A stretch of DNA of 35,350 nucleotides from Psammoneis japonica (lineage: Eukaryota), in contig QPGO01000110.1 in the NCBI GenBank assembly GCA_008632985.1, forward strand, positions 248,001-283,350. Reading direction: 5' to 3'. Of this stretch, positions 19,865 to 31,200 are shown one piece after another. The translations under genes were made by a program, and so were the position numbers. The notes under the pieces are model-generated. The model did no database searches, was not told the DNA's origin, and worked only from the letters and a program-made list of their open reading frames with translations. The stretch's first letter is position 1, and each line of letters starts with the position of its first letter.

Positions 19865-20779
19865 ATGTCATTGCATCATACAGATGGAATGGCTGACTCA
19901 GCAGATGACGCTGATAACAATGTCAACAATTCGCAACATCACTATGAAGCCCACAGTGCTTCGTCTTATGAGTCAGCGTTCTTCTACTCTGCCGGAGACT
20001 ACACCAATTATTTAGCCAATCTTATATCGGATCGTCTCGGCTTGTTACAAACGAGAAAGAATGAAAATAACGAAGCTTTCGTGAGGCGTTTGATGGATGT
20101 TGGGGGAGGAACAGGCAACTTTACCAAGCTTCTTCTTGAACGTTCCTCTGCTCCGCTTCAAGCTGTCGTCGTGGACCCATTCTTGCCAGCGACTGAAGAA
20201 GGAACACATGACACGTCCATCCAGTTTGTCAAGGCCGACGCAGAAAGCTTTGCAATACCACTGGTGGATCCGCGGTCCAGTCAAGATTCTTGGAGACGAA
20301 ATTACCACATTGTTTTGATGAAGGAGGTGATACATCATATGAACCCATCAGATCGCGCTGGCATCTTCAAGGGAATTCATCAGGGATTCTCGACGAATAA
20401 TTTACCAAGTGGGCAGGAGAAAACACCCAATCTTTTGATTGTTACACGACCCAAGCGTGACATTGACTATCCACTTTGGAAAGAAGCGCGGGAGGTATGG
20501 GCGGCGAATCAACCATCCGCAGAAGCCATCGAAGCAGACCTAAGCAAAGCCGGATTTACCAATGTGAAACATACTGTTGAGTCGTATCCTTGCCAGATAC
20601 CCATGTCAACATGGCTTGACATGGTGCGAGGTCGGTTCTGGAGTACGTTCTCTAACTTCGACGATGAAGAGCTAAAGGAAGCTTGCATTAGGATGGAAAA
20701 GGACGAAGCTCATCGGGTCGATAATGAGGGGATTATTTACTTTGAAGATCGCCTCTTGTTGATAAGTGCTTGCAAGTAG
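19865..20779 (+). CDS. Class I SAM-dependent methyltransferase, 304 aa
   Basis: Motif I LMDVGGGTGNF, VVDP, KADAESF, VLMKEVIHH. Intact ORF. Confidence 0.88.
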   Translation: MSLHHTDGMADSADDADNNVNNSQHHYEAHSASSYESAFFYSAGDYTNYLANLISDRLGLLQTRKNENNEAFVRRLMDVGGGTGNFTKLLLERSSAPLQAVVVDPFLPATEEGTHDTSIQFVKADAESFAIPLVDPRSSQDSWRRNYHIVLMKEVIHHMNPSDRAGIFKGIHQGFSTNNLPSGQEKTPNLLIVTRPKRDIDYPLWKEAREVWAANQPSAEAIEADLSKAGFTNVKHTVESYPCQIPMSTWLDMVRGRFWSTFSNFDDEELKEACIRMEKDEAHRVDNEGIIYFEDRLLLISACK

Positions 20780-20928
20780 AGTGCTTGTTGCTTTCAATCG
20801 AGCGACGTGACCTTAAGATCAGCTCTAATAGTACTATCTTTTACGATCTCTAATGATGATTCAAAAAAGCTTCTGCCAATATTCTTTACCTATGGTTCAA
20901 ACCTAATCAATACTTTGTGTATGTGGAC

Positions 20929-22080
20929 TTATCGCCATTCACTTCGATGCCTCTTTGATTCTGCATCTTCACCATCCCTGGACTTTGCAACAAACTGATT
21001 TTTCTCACTATTTCCAAACTCACTTCCTTCTACTACGAATCCTTTGGGAACTTCTTCTGGCTCGGCAACATAGACCTGGTAAAAGCCTCTTCCATCAAAG
21101 CAGCACAATCCGTCATCGAAAAAATCAAATATCGTAAATTCACATTCTGAACCCTCGGGGACATGAACTGTTTCTGATATAAGCTCTCCCGGTCGTTCTC
21201 CGTAGGTTCCAGGGGAGGCGAAAGCAACTGTTTCTCCATTGCATATCAGAGTCCAACCCGTTTCTTCTGGGGCGTTGTCTAACTTAATAAGGACGGTGAT
21301 TGGGGACAACAAGAGGGATACGGGAGGAGCGGGAGTCTCAAAGGATTGGCCAGCTGGTTCTTCTGTATGATCCTTCTGTTGAGATAATAGGACAAGAGCA
21401 AGTAAAATGCATATGGGAGAAACAAGAAAAACCAAAGCAATCCTTCTGCACCACCTTCGGCGTTCAGGGTCATTCTTGTAGTAGATCAAGACTCTACGAA
21501 AGAGAGAAGGCTTGCTTTCTGTCGCAAGCATTCCCAAGCTGGCGTCGTCATCATTTTCGTTGGCAACCGTAACTTGGGCAAGTTGGAGGAAATGATCATT
21601 TTTTGGTTGCAAATAACGAGCACCAGTCTCCCACTCCGGCATTGGGGTGATGTTGTGCTTCCCTCTTCCTCGTCGAACTTCCCCATCTTCTTCTATGGAA
21701 AAGGCTCCCGGGACGAAGTCAGAAGCTTCTGGATCTGCATTTCCGACCTCTTCTTCCTCCTGCTCTTTCATCTCTTGTTCTGTTTCGTGCCATCGATCAC
21801 GATGGTCGAAGCGATGACGTTTCCAACCCTTTCTATGAAATGTGGCATTTCGTGAAGTTTCTTCTGCGTGCGCTGCTCCCGAAGTCATCCTCAATTCGCG
21901 AGCACGCGCGAAGCCAACCCGTTTCATTCTCCATGCGTCTGAATTATCTTGTCTACTTGGAGCTGAATCATGATTCACTGTTTCTCCTCCTTCGACCTCG
22001 CCTTCTTCTTCTCTTGATTCTTGGTGGCTCCTTGTGCCGTGTCCTCGTTTGTTGTAACGCAAGCTCTCTTTGCTGTTCAT
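20929..22080 (-). CDS. Single-pass membrane protein with a C-terminal beta domain (D..DDGLCC..G.G.Y motif)
   Basis: Charged N-terminus with a VPGAF motif, TM segment IALVFLVSPICILLALVLL, then LDNAPEETGWTL...FTIFDFFDDGLCCFDGRGFYQV. The start codon is uncertain. Confidence 0.72.
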   Translation of the reverse strand: MNSKESLRYNKRGHGTRSHQESREEEGEVEGGETVNHDSAPSRQDNSDAWRMKRVGFARARELRMTSGAAHAEETSRNATFHRKGWKRHRFDHRDRWHETEQEMKEQEEEEVGNADPEASDFVPGAFSIEEDGEVRRGRGKHNITPMPEWETGARYLQPKNDHFLQLAQVTVANENDDDASLGMLATESKPSLFRRVLIYYKNDPERRRWCRRIALVFLVSPICILLALVLLSQQKDHTEEPAGQSFETPAPPVSLLLSPITVLIKLDNAPEETGWTLICNGETVAFASPGTYGERPGELISETVHVPEGSECEFTIFDFFDDGLCCFDGRGFYQVYVAEPEEVPKGFVVEGSEFGNSEKNQFVAKSRDGEDAESKRHRSEWR

Positions 22081-22391
22081 TTTGCTGTTCGTTCGACACC
22101 GGCGGTGGCAGCAACAACGGATGGCGATAAAGGAACAATAGACAGATCCTGTGTCGTCTGCGACTATACACACTCGACACTCGCCGGAATTCTAATGTTT
22201 GCTTGATCTTAGCCTCAAATTCATTTTTCTTTTGTTCAAGTCATTCTGCTGAATTATTGGAAGGTCATTTTTCATTCTTATCAGGCCATTGGAAAGACAT
22301 TGGGCATAAATCTGAAAACGTCGAGAAGTCTTGAGTCACTAACTAACACGGAATGATTTCAAGACTGAGGTCGCGTGATCAGTAGGGCCTA

Positions 22392-22867
22392 CCGGAGGTA
22401 TGTCAATAGTAGCGAAGTTATTTTTGCTATTGAAAAATCTCGACACCAAAAATACTTATCGAAAATCGGCTTTCGTCAGTCACTAAAACACACCCAGTTG
22501 CAGCGACTGACGAAAGCCTTTTTTCGATATCTTCAGTTGTAAGAGCTGTAGAGCAAGAGCAAAGTATAGAAACAGTATACAATCCTGTATGAGATTTCGG
22601 AACTCCGGATTAAATGTCAAATTTATGATACGACTAATGTTTGTATATAAATACAAAAATCAATTAGAAAAAGGCGAATATAACCGTTATTTTTCCTTAA
22701 ATAAATACCAAATTTTCAACGACAAACATTCGCTTTCCGCTCACTCCGACCGATACAACATGCGTTTGACCTTGTTCAGCTCGTCGAGAGCTTTCCACCG
22801 ATATATGGGTCTTGGGGTCTGCGAGGCGATCCTGAAAAAAAGTTCGCTACTATTCACATACCTCCGG
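22392..22867. mobile_element. Tc1/mariner-type MITE, 476 bp, TA TSD
   Basis: 25 bp TIR CCGGAGGTATGT(C/G)AATAGTAGCGAA with TA on both sides, AT-rich interior, internal inverted repeat at ~22457-22528. Confidence 0.88.
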
Positions 22868-23099
22868 TAGCTCATACTTTAAGAGAGTAAAGTAGCTACT
22901 ACTCTAGGCTACTAGTAGCTAGAGCTGGAGTAGTAGAGAGGGTAGAAGGATGAGAGGGCTTACGCTAAGCAACAAAGGCGACATCTTGATCAGAGAGAAT
23001 CACGCCGGTATCCTGTGGATTTGGCATCATCCTGATCCGTACAAATAAGCGCTTCTTTATTTACCAAGATTCTCTTATCCTCTAATGGGTCTAATGTAA

Positions 23100-24200
23100 G
23101 ACCGATAGATAGGCTGAGTGAAATTACACTCGTGGAAAGTTTTCCCTCAACGAATGGATTAATGGCATTCCAACTTTGGCAGACTTTGCATGGTTGCTGA
23201 GGACAATTTTTAGACTAATACTCGCTTGGGCTAGATCCACGAATGGGCGCAACTCCTGCTCGTCGCAGTTTCAAAGAAAGTATTGACACCATGTGGTAAG
23301 ATTCTCCCGACCACTAGGAAGATGCAACTCGCAGACAAATTCATCATTGTAGTCCAAAATTCCTGATTCGTTGGAGAGAAGGTAGTCCACAATACTCTTC
23401 TCCACCCCTGGACTGTCAATGTACAGTTTGAAGAGAACAAAGTCATCTTGCGCGTCATGTTTTTAATTTCAAGAGGCAGAGATGGGCCAGACTGCATCCC
23501 TTCCCCCTTCTCCACGGTTGACCGGATGAAGGTGGGGTGATAGTGAAAGAATGAATAGTATTGCTGTGGAAACGTGCCGTAAAATGCTTTCGAAGACGTG
23601 GATCCCTCATACGCATGGACATGATCATATTCCATGCCACGCTGAAAGGACCACAACGTGTGAAAGTTAATGAGAGACGGCCCACCCGCACCCTTGGAAT
23701 AATCGGACGCCTCCTTGGCAGTGTTTCCAAACTTACCACCATCTTTTTGTCGAAGCATCGTCTTGGGAGGTGGAATGATCTGGGATGGGTGTTCCATTTA
23801 ATGATGAATGCCTCGACATTTATCCTTGGTAGGGGGGTGCAGGGTGGTTTCATATATAGGCATATTCGTAGCAAGTCATGGGTTGGCTCAACGTGGATAC
23901 CAGCGGTTCAATGTACTCGTAAAATGCTTCGCCCATAAGCATGTCTTTGTAAACAAATATAGAGAAAATGTCGCTGTCCTCGTCCAAAATGTAGACAGGG
24001 ATTTGCTCTGCCTCTTGTGGAAAGCCCTCTAGTGTACGCTGCCTCATCTCTCCTGTGTTGACGTTGAAAAAGATTGGCTTGCGCATGTCATTCATTTGGC
24101 ACCAACCGCCGTCTTGAGGTCGTGTGGTGCAAGTTGCCTTGAGGAACCGCCGTAGCAGGTCCCTTTGCGAACCAATGCGATGGCAAAAGTCTCGTCGCTC
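23100..24200 (-). pseudogene. Disrupted gene, C-terminus resembling FkbM-like methyltransferase-fold algal proteins
   Basis: Consecutive coding fragments in different frames with stops: KPIFFNVNTGE..., GMEYDHVHAYEG, DFVLFKLYIDSPGVEKSIVDYLL..DEFVCELH. Boundaries approximate. Confidence 0.55.
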
Positions 24201-24256
24201 TTAAGAGAAACCACCATTCTTCTCCATTTGGTTCACGCTATGCTCTCCGACTACGA

Positions 24257-25615
24257 TTACTGGGGGGAGGTGATAGAGCCCTGTAGGCTCCCCACAACAA
24301 CGGAGGTGTTATTGCGATCAGTACTGTTGCAGAAAATCGTTTCGTTGTCACCATGCAAGAGTAAATGCATTCGTTTCATGAATTCCGGTGTTTTGATACG
24401 ATGGAAGGAGACGGTTTCAGTTGACGCTGCGGCCAGACCTAACTTTCGTGTGGAGTTAAATTTTCTGCGGATCCAATCTAGCTGTCCCATCCAGAACCTT
24501 TTTTCTCCATTGCCAGCTTTGCCATCGAATCGATACAGAAATTCTGCGTCAAAATGGTGGTACCGAAACTCTCCAAGGTGGTCTTGTGAATTGTACGGGT
24601 AAATCCCAAGGTTCCAAAGACATATACCCATGAAAAAGTCCTCCGCACTTTCATTGGTTTCGTTGTGACACGATGGAAGGGCCTCTTGAACAAACCGAAT
24701 TAGCGCTTCTCGGCTGAGCGTATATCCTGGACCTCCCCCATTGTAGTAAAAGCTACGGTTCGGGGCTTGATCTAACCTCCAAAATGGCATTATTGGCGCT
24801 CCAATAAAGAGGGGCTCCGAGTGGTTCATCTCGGGTCTTTGCAAGTAGGACCGTAAGTTGTCGACAATCAGGTAAACATCGTCTCCACAAATATGAAAGT
24901 ACTCGTAGTCTTGAAGGAAATTGTCGTGAATGTACGACAACATGGATCGGACCTTTTGCCAAATGCTGCCATAAGTTCCCTCTGTTCCGTAGTGCGGAAT
25001 GTGCACTGTTCCTGTTGCTTCTTCTGTAAAGGTCGAAGCCGCCATGTACCCGTCACACTGACGCCCCCACGTATCAATAATTGCATTTGTCCGATGGACA
25101 CCACCGGGGTATGTGTACAGCGCACAAAAAATCCGCACTCTTGTCGTTGATGGTGCTTCTGAAACACGCACCTTTTCCGCCAGTAGCCTGTAGCCACCCG
25201 CACCCTCTGGGCCCTTTCCGGGAGGAGCACATATCTGTCTTTGCTCCGTCGCTGAAACCGGAAAGCGCCCTCTCCGTTTTTGCAATACGGTAGGATCGTG
25301 AACATATCCCCAATTCTGCTGCTGATCCAGGGCGCCAGCGTACGGATAAGGTTGTGGAGGGAGAAAGGGATATTCCTTGACAGGAAGCTTGGATTCATTC
25401 CAAAAAGTCCATGTGCTGACATTTCTCGTTTCCTGTGCATTGCTTACGTTCTTATCGGGTGGTTGGGCGACTAGTGCTGTACGTTGTCCATCATCGTTGT
25501 GACTGGCACTAATGGTGAAACTGGAGAGGTTTCGTGACAGCCGCAACAAATTTGACAACAGGTACGCCAGACACAGTATCCAAATGGACTTTCTTGTAAA
25601 CAATGTTGGAATCAT
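24257..25615 (-). CDS. GT31/Fringe-family beta-1,3-galactosyltransferase (C1GALT1-like), ~452 aa
   Basis: N-terminal TM anchor, TWGRQCDG, IWQKVR, YFHICGDDVYLIVDNLRSYL, YNGGGPGYTLSREAL, AEDFFMGICL, SFHRIK. Confidence 0.9.
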   Translation of the reverse strand: MIPTLFTRKSIWILCLAYLLSNLLRLSRNLSSFTISASHNDDGQRTALVAQPPDKNVSNAQETRNVSTWTFWNESKLPVKEYPFLPPQPYPYAGALDQQQNWGYVHDPTVLQKRRGRFPVSATEQRQICAPPGKGPEGAGGYRLLAEKVRVSEAPSTTRVRIFCALYTYPGGVHRTNAIIDTWGRQCDGYMAASTFTEEATGTVHIPHYGTEGTYGSIWQKVRSMLSYIHDNFLQDYEYFHICGDDVYLIVDNLRSYLQRPEMNHSEPLFIGAPIMPFWRLDQAPNRSFYYNGGGPGYTLSREALIRFVQEALPSCHNETNESAEDFFMGICLWNLGIYPYNSQDHLGEFRYHHFDAEFLYRFDGKAGNGEKRFWMGQLDWIRRKFNSTRKLGLAAASTETVSFHRIKTPEFMKRMHLLLHGDNETIFCNSTDRNNTSVVVGSLQGSITSPQ

Positions 25616-26334
25616 GATGCCAAGTGTCCATGCTCTCTGTAGCATAGCATCACAAAAAACGAACAAGGCACTCATTGCGTAGCCTACACAGGCAAACGAT
25701 AAACGATAGAATCCACCGACTCGCACGGAATGTGTGCGCGACTCCGTCAAGAGCAACACCTCAAAACCGAGTGGATTCCAATGTATCGTGTAAAGCTTGG
25801 CATGCTGTTGTGTAACGGACATTGGCAACGGTCGGGGTTCAGGTAACCGATGTGACGTGGTGTCGGAGGGAATGTTCGATGAACGTTCCTCCAATGGCGC
25901 TCACTTGTTGCAAGCAGTTGTGACAGGCCTCAGAGTGTCTTTGGATCGTTGTGTCGTCATCATGCGCCAGCACTGCGAGCAGCTGAGCGCCCTTGCTTTG
26001 TCAGAGCCAAGTTTCCGCACTCCACGGTTTGGTGATTGAAGCAACAACCAGCGTGGTTGCAGCGGCCATTGTCTTGTTGGCATGGTTTTGATGACGAATG
26101 CTGATCAACCTGGGGCTGTTCATGCCAATGACAAGTGATGCCTTTGCATCAGTGTGTGCGCAAAGCAGTGGGAGATGCGGCCACATCTCCGTGCTCTCAT
26201 GGCTTGCATGCATCGTCGGCACAATTTGTGAATGTCAGTGTTTTGACGTGCTTCTTCCAACACAACTGCACCCTTTTTGATGCTCTCATGACCTTGGATT
26301 TTGCCATGGCGGCAAACCCTCAAACCCGATGGAG

Positions 26335-26478
26335 GACGTGCTGACATGTGACACAAACAATTTTTGTCATCCGTCACATGTTTCGCACATGCATTTCTGC
26401 GTGTGATGTTCAAAAAAAAATTGTCCAGACTTGCTGTTTTGCAAAGCCCCAGATGTTTCACATGACAAATTTACAGGA
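26335..26478 (+). mobile_element. Family A MITE fragment
   Basis: Matches the left third of the family A interior (TGTGACACAAACAATTTTTGTCATCCGTC...CATGACAAATTTACAG). Confidence 0.75.
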
Positions 26479-27265
26479 GACGCGTTCCAGCCCCATGGCG
26501 AGTCAGAATGAAAGCTGTGTTCCGCCCGAAGCTTCCGCGTGCAACAGGGGGGGTGTCAAAATTGCCCATTTGTCACAGCACGTAGAATCTGTGCAGGTTC
26601 TTGCATTGACCTTGCTGTGGGCACAGTCAGCAAACAACCTGACAATCACAGCATGCAGGGCCTGCGCAGGTCCTGGCATTGAACCTCTTGTCAGCGCATG
26701 ACCTGCGTGGTCACGGCTGCAGCTTTTGGCAGTCGATTCTTCCCGGGACTGACTGGCAACGAACTGACTGTCAGCACAGAATTTGCACCAGGTGCTGTGG
26801 AAGCTGTGATTGGCAAGTGGGCTGTGATCCAGAAAGGAGTGTGGAACCTTGAAGGGGGGGGAGGGGGTGGAGGCGGAACACACAATCAATTCGGACTCGC
26901 ATGGGTGGGAGCTCGCAGCACTGATGTGTGACACAAACAATTTTTGTCAGATCCGTCGCATGTTTCGGGTGTGCATTTCTGTGTGTGGCACTCCAAAAAA
27001 ATGGTCCAGACTCACTGTTTTGCAAAGCCCCAGACGTTTCACACAACAAATTTGTGGAAAAAATGATGCACCAGCTGCATTCTTCAATGTCTGAAGAATG
27101 CAACTGGCTGAGCAAAAAATGATGTGCTTCAATCATGGACGAGTTTGTGCGTTCGCAAAATTGCCTTATTTTCTGTTGGCGATCATTGACATTTTCATTG
27201 CCTTGCAATTTTGCTGCGGAGCTTGCACGCAGAATTCTGCACGCCACCTGCATCTGGAGCGCATC
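26479..27265 (+). mobile_element. Family A MITE split within its left TIR by a second insertion
   Basis: GACGCGTTCCAGCCC at 26479 resumes as GGTGGGAGCTC at 26904 and ends CCACCTGCATCTGGAGCGCATC at 27265. Confidence 0.85.
26496..26901. mobile_element. ~405 bp MITE nested in the family A TIR
   Basis: Imperfect TIRs GCGAGTCAGAAT..TGTGTTCCGCC / GGCGGAACACA..ATTCGGACTCGC. Flanks CA and TG sit at a site that is TA in the TIR copy at ~15560. Confidence 0.7.
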
Positions 27266-27289
27266 AGAGACAGCCCTCACCTGGATTGG

Positions 27290-27720
27290 TTCCCACCTGC
27301 AGGTGCAGCGCACCACAATTGTGACCAACACTGCAGTGTTTGATGATGTTGTCAACGTGAAGGAGTTGGATGTTGACACTCTTGTGCAGTCCTGTTCAAG
27401 GAGGGCTGCAGCTGAAAGGCATTTCCACTCTGGATTGGCCCACACCCATCACCCAAAGTCCGTTGTCCATTGGGTGCAGGACTTTCAGCATGTTGGTGGC
27501 ATGGATCGAACAAGTTTTCTGGATGCGCTGTCTGCCGCGTTGACCAGGGCCAAGATTCACAAACTTCCAGATTGAGGACCAACCCAAGTCCACTGCTTGT
27601 GGGGCATCCCCCAGACTCTTGGAAAGCAAAAACAAGTGGGCAAAATGGAGCACCGCCTTCTAGAACATGCTTGGCGTGACATTGGGCATGGATGGCATTC
27701 TGTTGATCCACATTGCATCA
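27290..27720 (+). pseudogene. Fragment resembling a gag N-terminus from a second copia family
   Basis: RHFHSGLAHTHHPKSVVHWVQDF..SFLDALSAALTRAKI..ASPRLLESKNKWAKW resembles diatom copia gag N-termini (recognised from memory, not searched). Confidence 0.5.
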
Positions 27721-28254
27721 GAGGCCGCAGCACAGTGTCATTCACTTTCTTTTGGAAATTTTGGGACATTCAACCGCACAAAAGCACGTCATCATTGTTC
27801 AACCTCAATTTCAATTTCAACAGTCAAGTTGAATTTGTTGTTTCCTTTTCATGTGTGCAATTGTTGCCTTTTTGTTTTGATTTGAATTTGCCAAAGACTT
27901 TCAACCTGCATTTCATGTTTTTAAAACAAGTTTTGTTTTGATGAATTTGTTGCATGTTCATGGAAACGTCAGCTTTGACAGTGCTTTTCAACAGCTCCAC
28001 TGCAGTCTTGCCATCACCACAGACAATGGCATTTCTTCCATGCCCAAGTTGGCCACATGAGTGTCTGGCTCATTGTTTTCACCTGTGCCCACCAGCCCTC
28101 CATTCAATGGCTCCCTGCCTGCATTTTGGTGCATTTTCTGCATGCGCAATGCTCTGCCCATTTCATGACAGCACACCCTCTCCCCAAAATGCATTTGACG
28201 AGAGGGTGCACTGTTGTGATTCCTGTGCATTCCACGTGAATCAGCAACTGACTG

Positions 28255-31200
28255 TTGGCCATGGCGGCTGGTGACTTTACCCCATCTGACAACAAGGTCG
28301 ACCCTGACCCTTCTTTCCAAATTTCTGAGGACTGTGATTTTGATGAAATGGAACATTTCACCAACGGCTTTGGATTCGAAGTGTTCCAACCCAAACTCAA
28401 AAGCACAGCTGCAATGCATGCCTCCAAAAAGCAGTTTTTGGAGATGACAAATTGGACCCCCTCTCCAGAATTCCTTGCTCTTCCCTTCCTTTGTCACAAG
28501 CCGAAGCCACGTTGTGTTCCACATGTTGCCGAAGTCATCCATGCCAACGACATTGAAAGGAAAACTCTTGGCTGTCCCCACATTTGGTCCTGCACAATGA
28601 CTCGATGTTGGCCCACTGAGAAATCTCGCTGAGTGAAAGGCGAACATGTCCTGCGATGTAAAAATCTCAAGGAGGCTCTCCATTTCTCCAAAACATCCAG
28701 AGAGACAGAAAAAGAACAGCAGAGCCGCGCGCTTCTCCACCGTGACATCCAGGCGATGGTGGAATTTGTTTGTGCGATCATTGCTGGAGACGACCCAAAT
28801 GATCCCGCATCTGGTTGGCCTTGTTTCCGATTTTTGCGTTGCAAAAGTCTCCAAAGTTTGATCAACGATCGAGCCCAAGACCTCCACAGTGCACATTTTG
28901 TCACTGACATTGTCACGCGTCATGTTCAGTGCAAACCCAAGGACATGGACCATTGGCTCCTCAAGATTTGCCGTCATGTCAACACCCAAAAGGAATGGCG
29001 CCTCTTTGTCAACAGCTTTCTGGTTGCATGCGATGCCAATGATCCTGGTTCTCAGGCGGACAAGATCAAGGGGTTCCTTGGTGACCAAACCAGCAACATC
29101 AAAAACACATCTGTTGTCTCAAGGCCCCTCCTCACACCCCATGATTGCACACGCCCCACCAGAGCTTTCCTTGACCAAGGCCAAGCCTGCATCTTGCTTG
29201 AAGACCAGCACCTCCTTTGTTGTCTGGCAATGTGCCGTCATCTGGGGAGGCGCGCCGGACTCTCACTGCCAACCTTCCATCACTCTCAGAAATGATGGAA
29301 AACCGAAAACCTGCTCCTGCCTCCAAAGGTCCTTTGTCCAAACTGCGCTCCTCTCCTCCATCTGTTTTGGCAAATGTTCCTGTGGTTGCATCTCCTCCCA
29401 GCAACCCCAACGACATGTCGTGGATGGACAAGTCCACACTCCACGATCGCTTTGACCCGCCCAAGTGTCGGCCCACCACCACCGAGGAAGTTGCTTCTCA
29501 TTTGTCACACCTGCACATCATTGACAAAGCCATCGGCACTGATTGAGACGCATTCCAGCCCTGGGTGGGAGCTCTCAGCACTGGCGTGTGACACAAATGA
29601 TTTTTGTCATCTGTCGCATGTTTCGCACGTGCATTTCTGCATGTGACATTTAAAAAAAATGTCTGGACTCGCTGTTTTGCGAAGCCCCAGACGTTTTGTG
29701 TGACAAACCAATGGAAACAACAGCGCACCAGTTGCATTCTTCAATGTCTGAAGAATGCAACTGGCCAAGTAAAAAGTGATGCACTTCAATCATGGGCAAC
29801 TTTGTGCGTTTGCAAAATTGCCTCATTTTCTGTTGGCAATCATTGACATTTTAATTGCCACACAATTTCAGTGCGGAGCTCGCACGTGGAATTCTGCGGC
29901 CCCAATGTCACACGGATTCCCACCTGCATCTGGAATGCATCTCGAGTGCCTCATCATTCCGCCACCGACTTTTACCTGGCGGACACCTTGTGGGAAAACT
30001 GGCACACATTCTCAAACAAAACTCCTTTGTGTGATTCCGCCACTGCATCTTGTGTCCAAACCGAGTGCCCTCCTGACCTTGATCACTTCTCCGAGGAACT
30101 CTCTGTTGCCTGACAAGCCAACTCTCTGCACAAAGGGCACTTTGGGTGCCTTTGTGTGTGCATTCCCACCCTTCTTCTGTTTGTTCTGTTGAAGGGCAAG
30201 TCCAATTTGAGACGTGACGGACCGGCTGCAGCTTTGAATGGCAAAGGACGCAGGACAAAGTTCGGTTGTGCAGGGCAAGCGCACCACCCAAAGTTGCCGG
30301 GCTCTGCCAAACTTGCTGAACCCAAGGCTGCCTGTTGACTTCATGGTTTTGAGTCGATGACAACTTTGATGCAAACAAGTCATCCAAAATCAAGGCAATG
30401 GCAGCCGACATCCTCGACTCGATTCAGCTGTGCAAAAATGAGGTGAAGCTGTGGAAACTGAGCAATCCGCCACCATTTGACTGGCTGCCATGGTGCGAGG
30501 AGTGCTCGAATCAGTTGGGCAACAAAATGGACTGTCTTTTCTTTAAACGCAAGGACATCGCCATGCAGGGATTGTGCATTTCCCGGGGTCAAGTCTGTGA
30601 TGGTCACCATGACAAAAAAAAACTGCACCTGGTGTTGACACAGGAAGACAGCCGCAGGTTGCTTTTTTGTCATGGATGCCTTTGGTGACATCTGGTCCTT
30701 CAAGGTGGTTGCCAACAGCAGAGCCACCATTGGCGAACACTGTGATGACCAGTGCGACATGAAGCCTGTGCTTGCTCGCATGCACCACAATTGAGCTCAG
30801 CTTGATTTTGCACTTAAAGACTTGGACTTGCAGCACAATGGTCCCACCCACCCAGATGTGTTGCTTGCCAGCAGTGCGTTCAAGCATCTTTCCCTTGACA
30901 ACAACAGGCCATGGGACAATGTTCCAACTGGCGGAGGGGGGCAATCTTCGCACGTTGAGGTGTGCATGGACTGGCTCAAGTTCCCGACATTCCCAGTCAG
31001 GGACTTCCACGAATTGGGTCGTTTGACAAAATCTGTGTCGCCAGGTGGGATGGTGCACTCTGATGACAGGGGTGTGGCTTTGATTGAGTTTGAGAGCAGC
31101 AAACACGCGGTTGACCCTCACCTGCGCTGCGACTCCATGGACCTGTTTTGCATGTTGAATGATGACGACATCCAAGAAAAGTGGGAGGAGCTGTGGAAGA

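Noticed and set aside
19865..20779. The methyltransferase as the enzyme behind the TpA mutation
   Set aside because: It looks like a small-molecule class I methyltransferase without DNA methyltransferase catalytic motifs (no DPPY/NPPY or motif IV PC context), and proximity is not evidence in a eukaryote.
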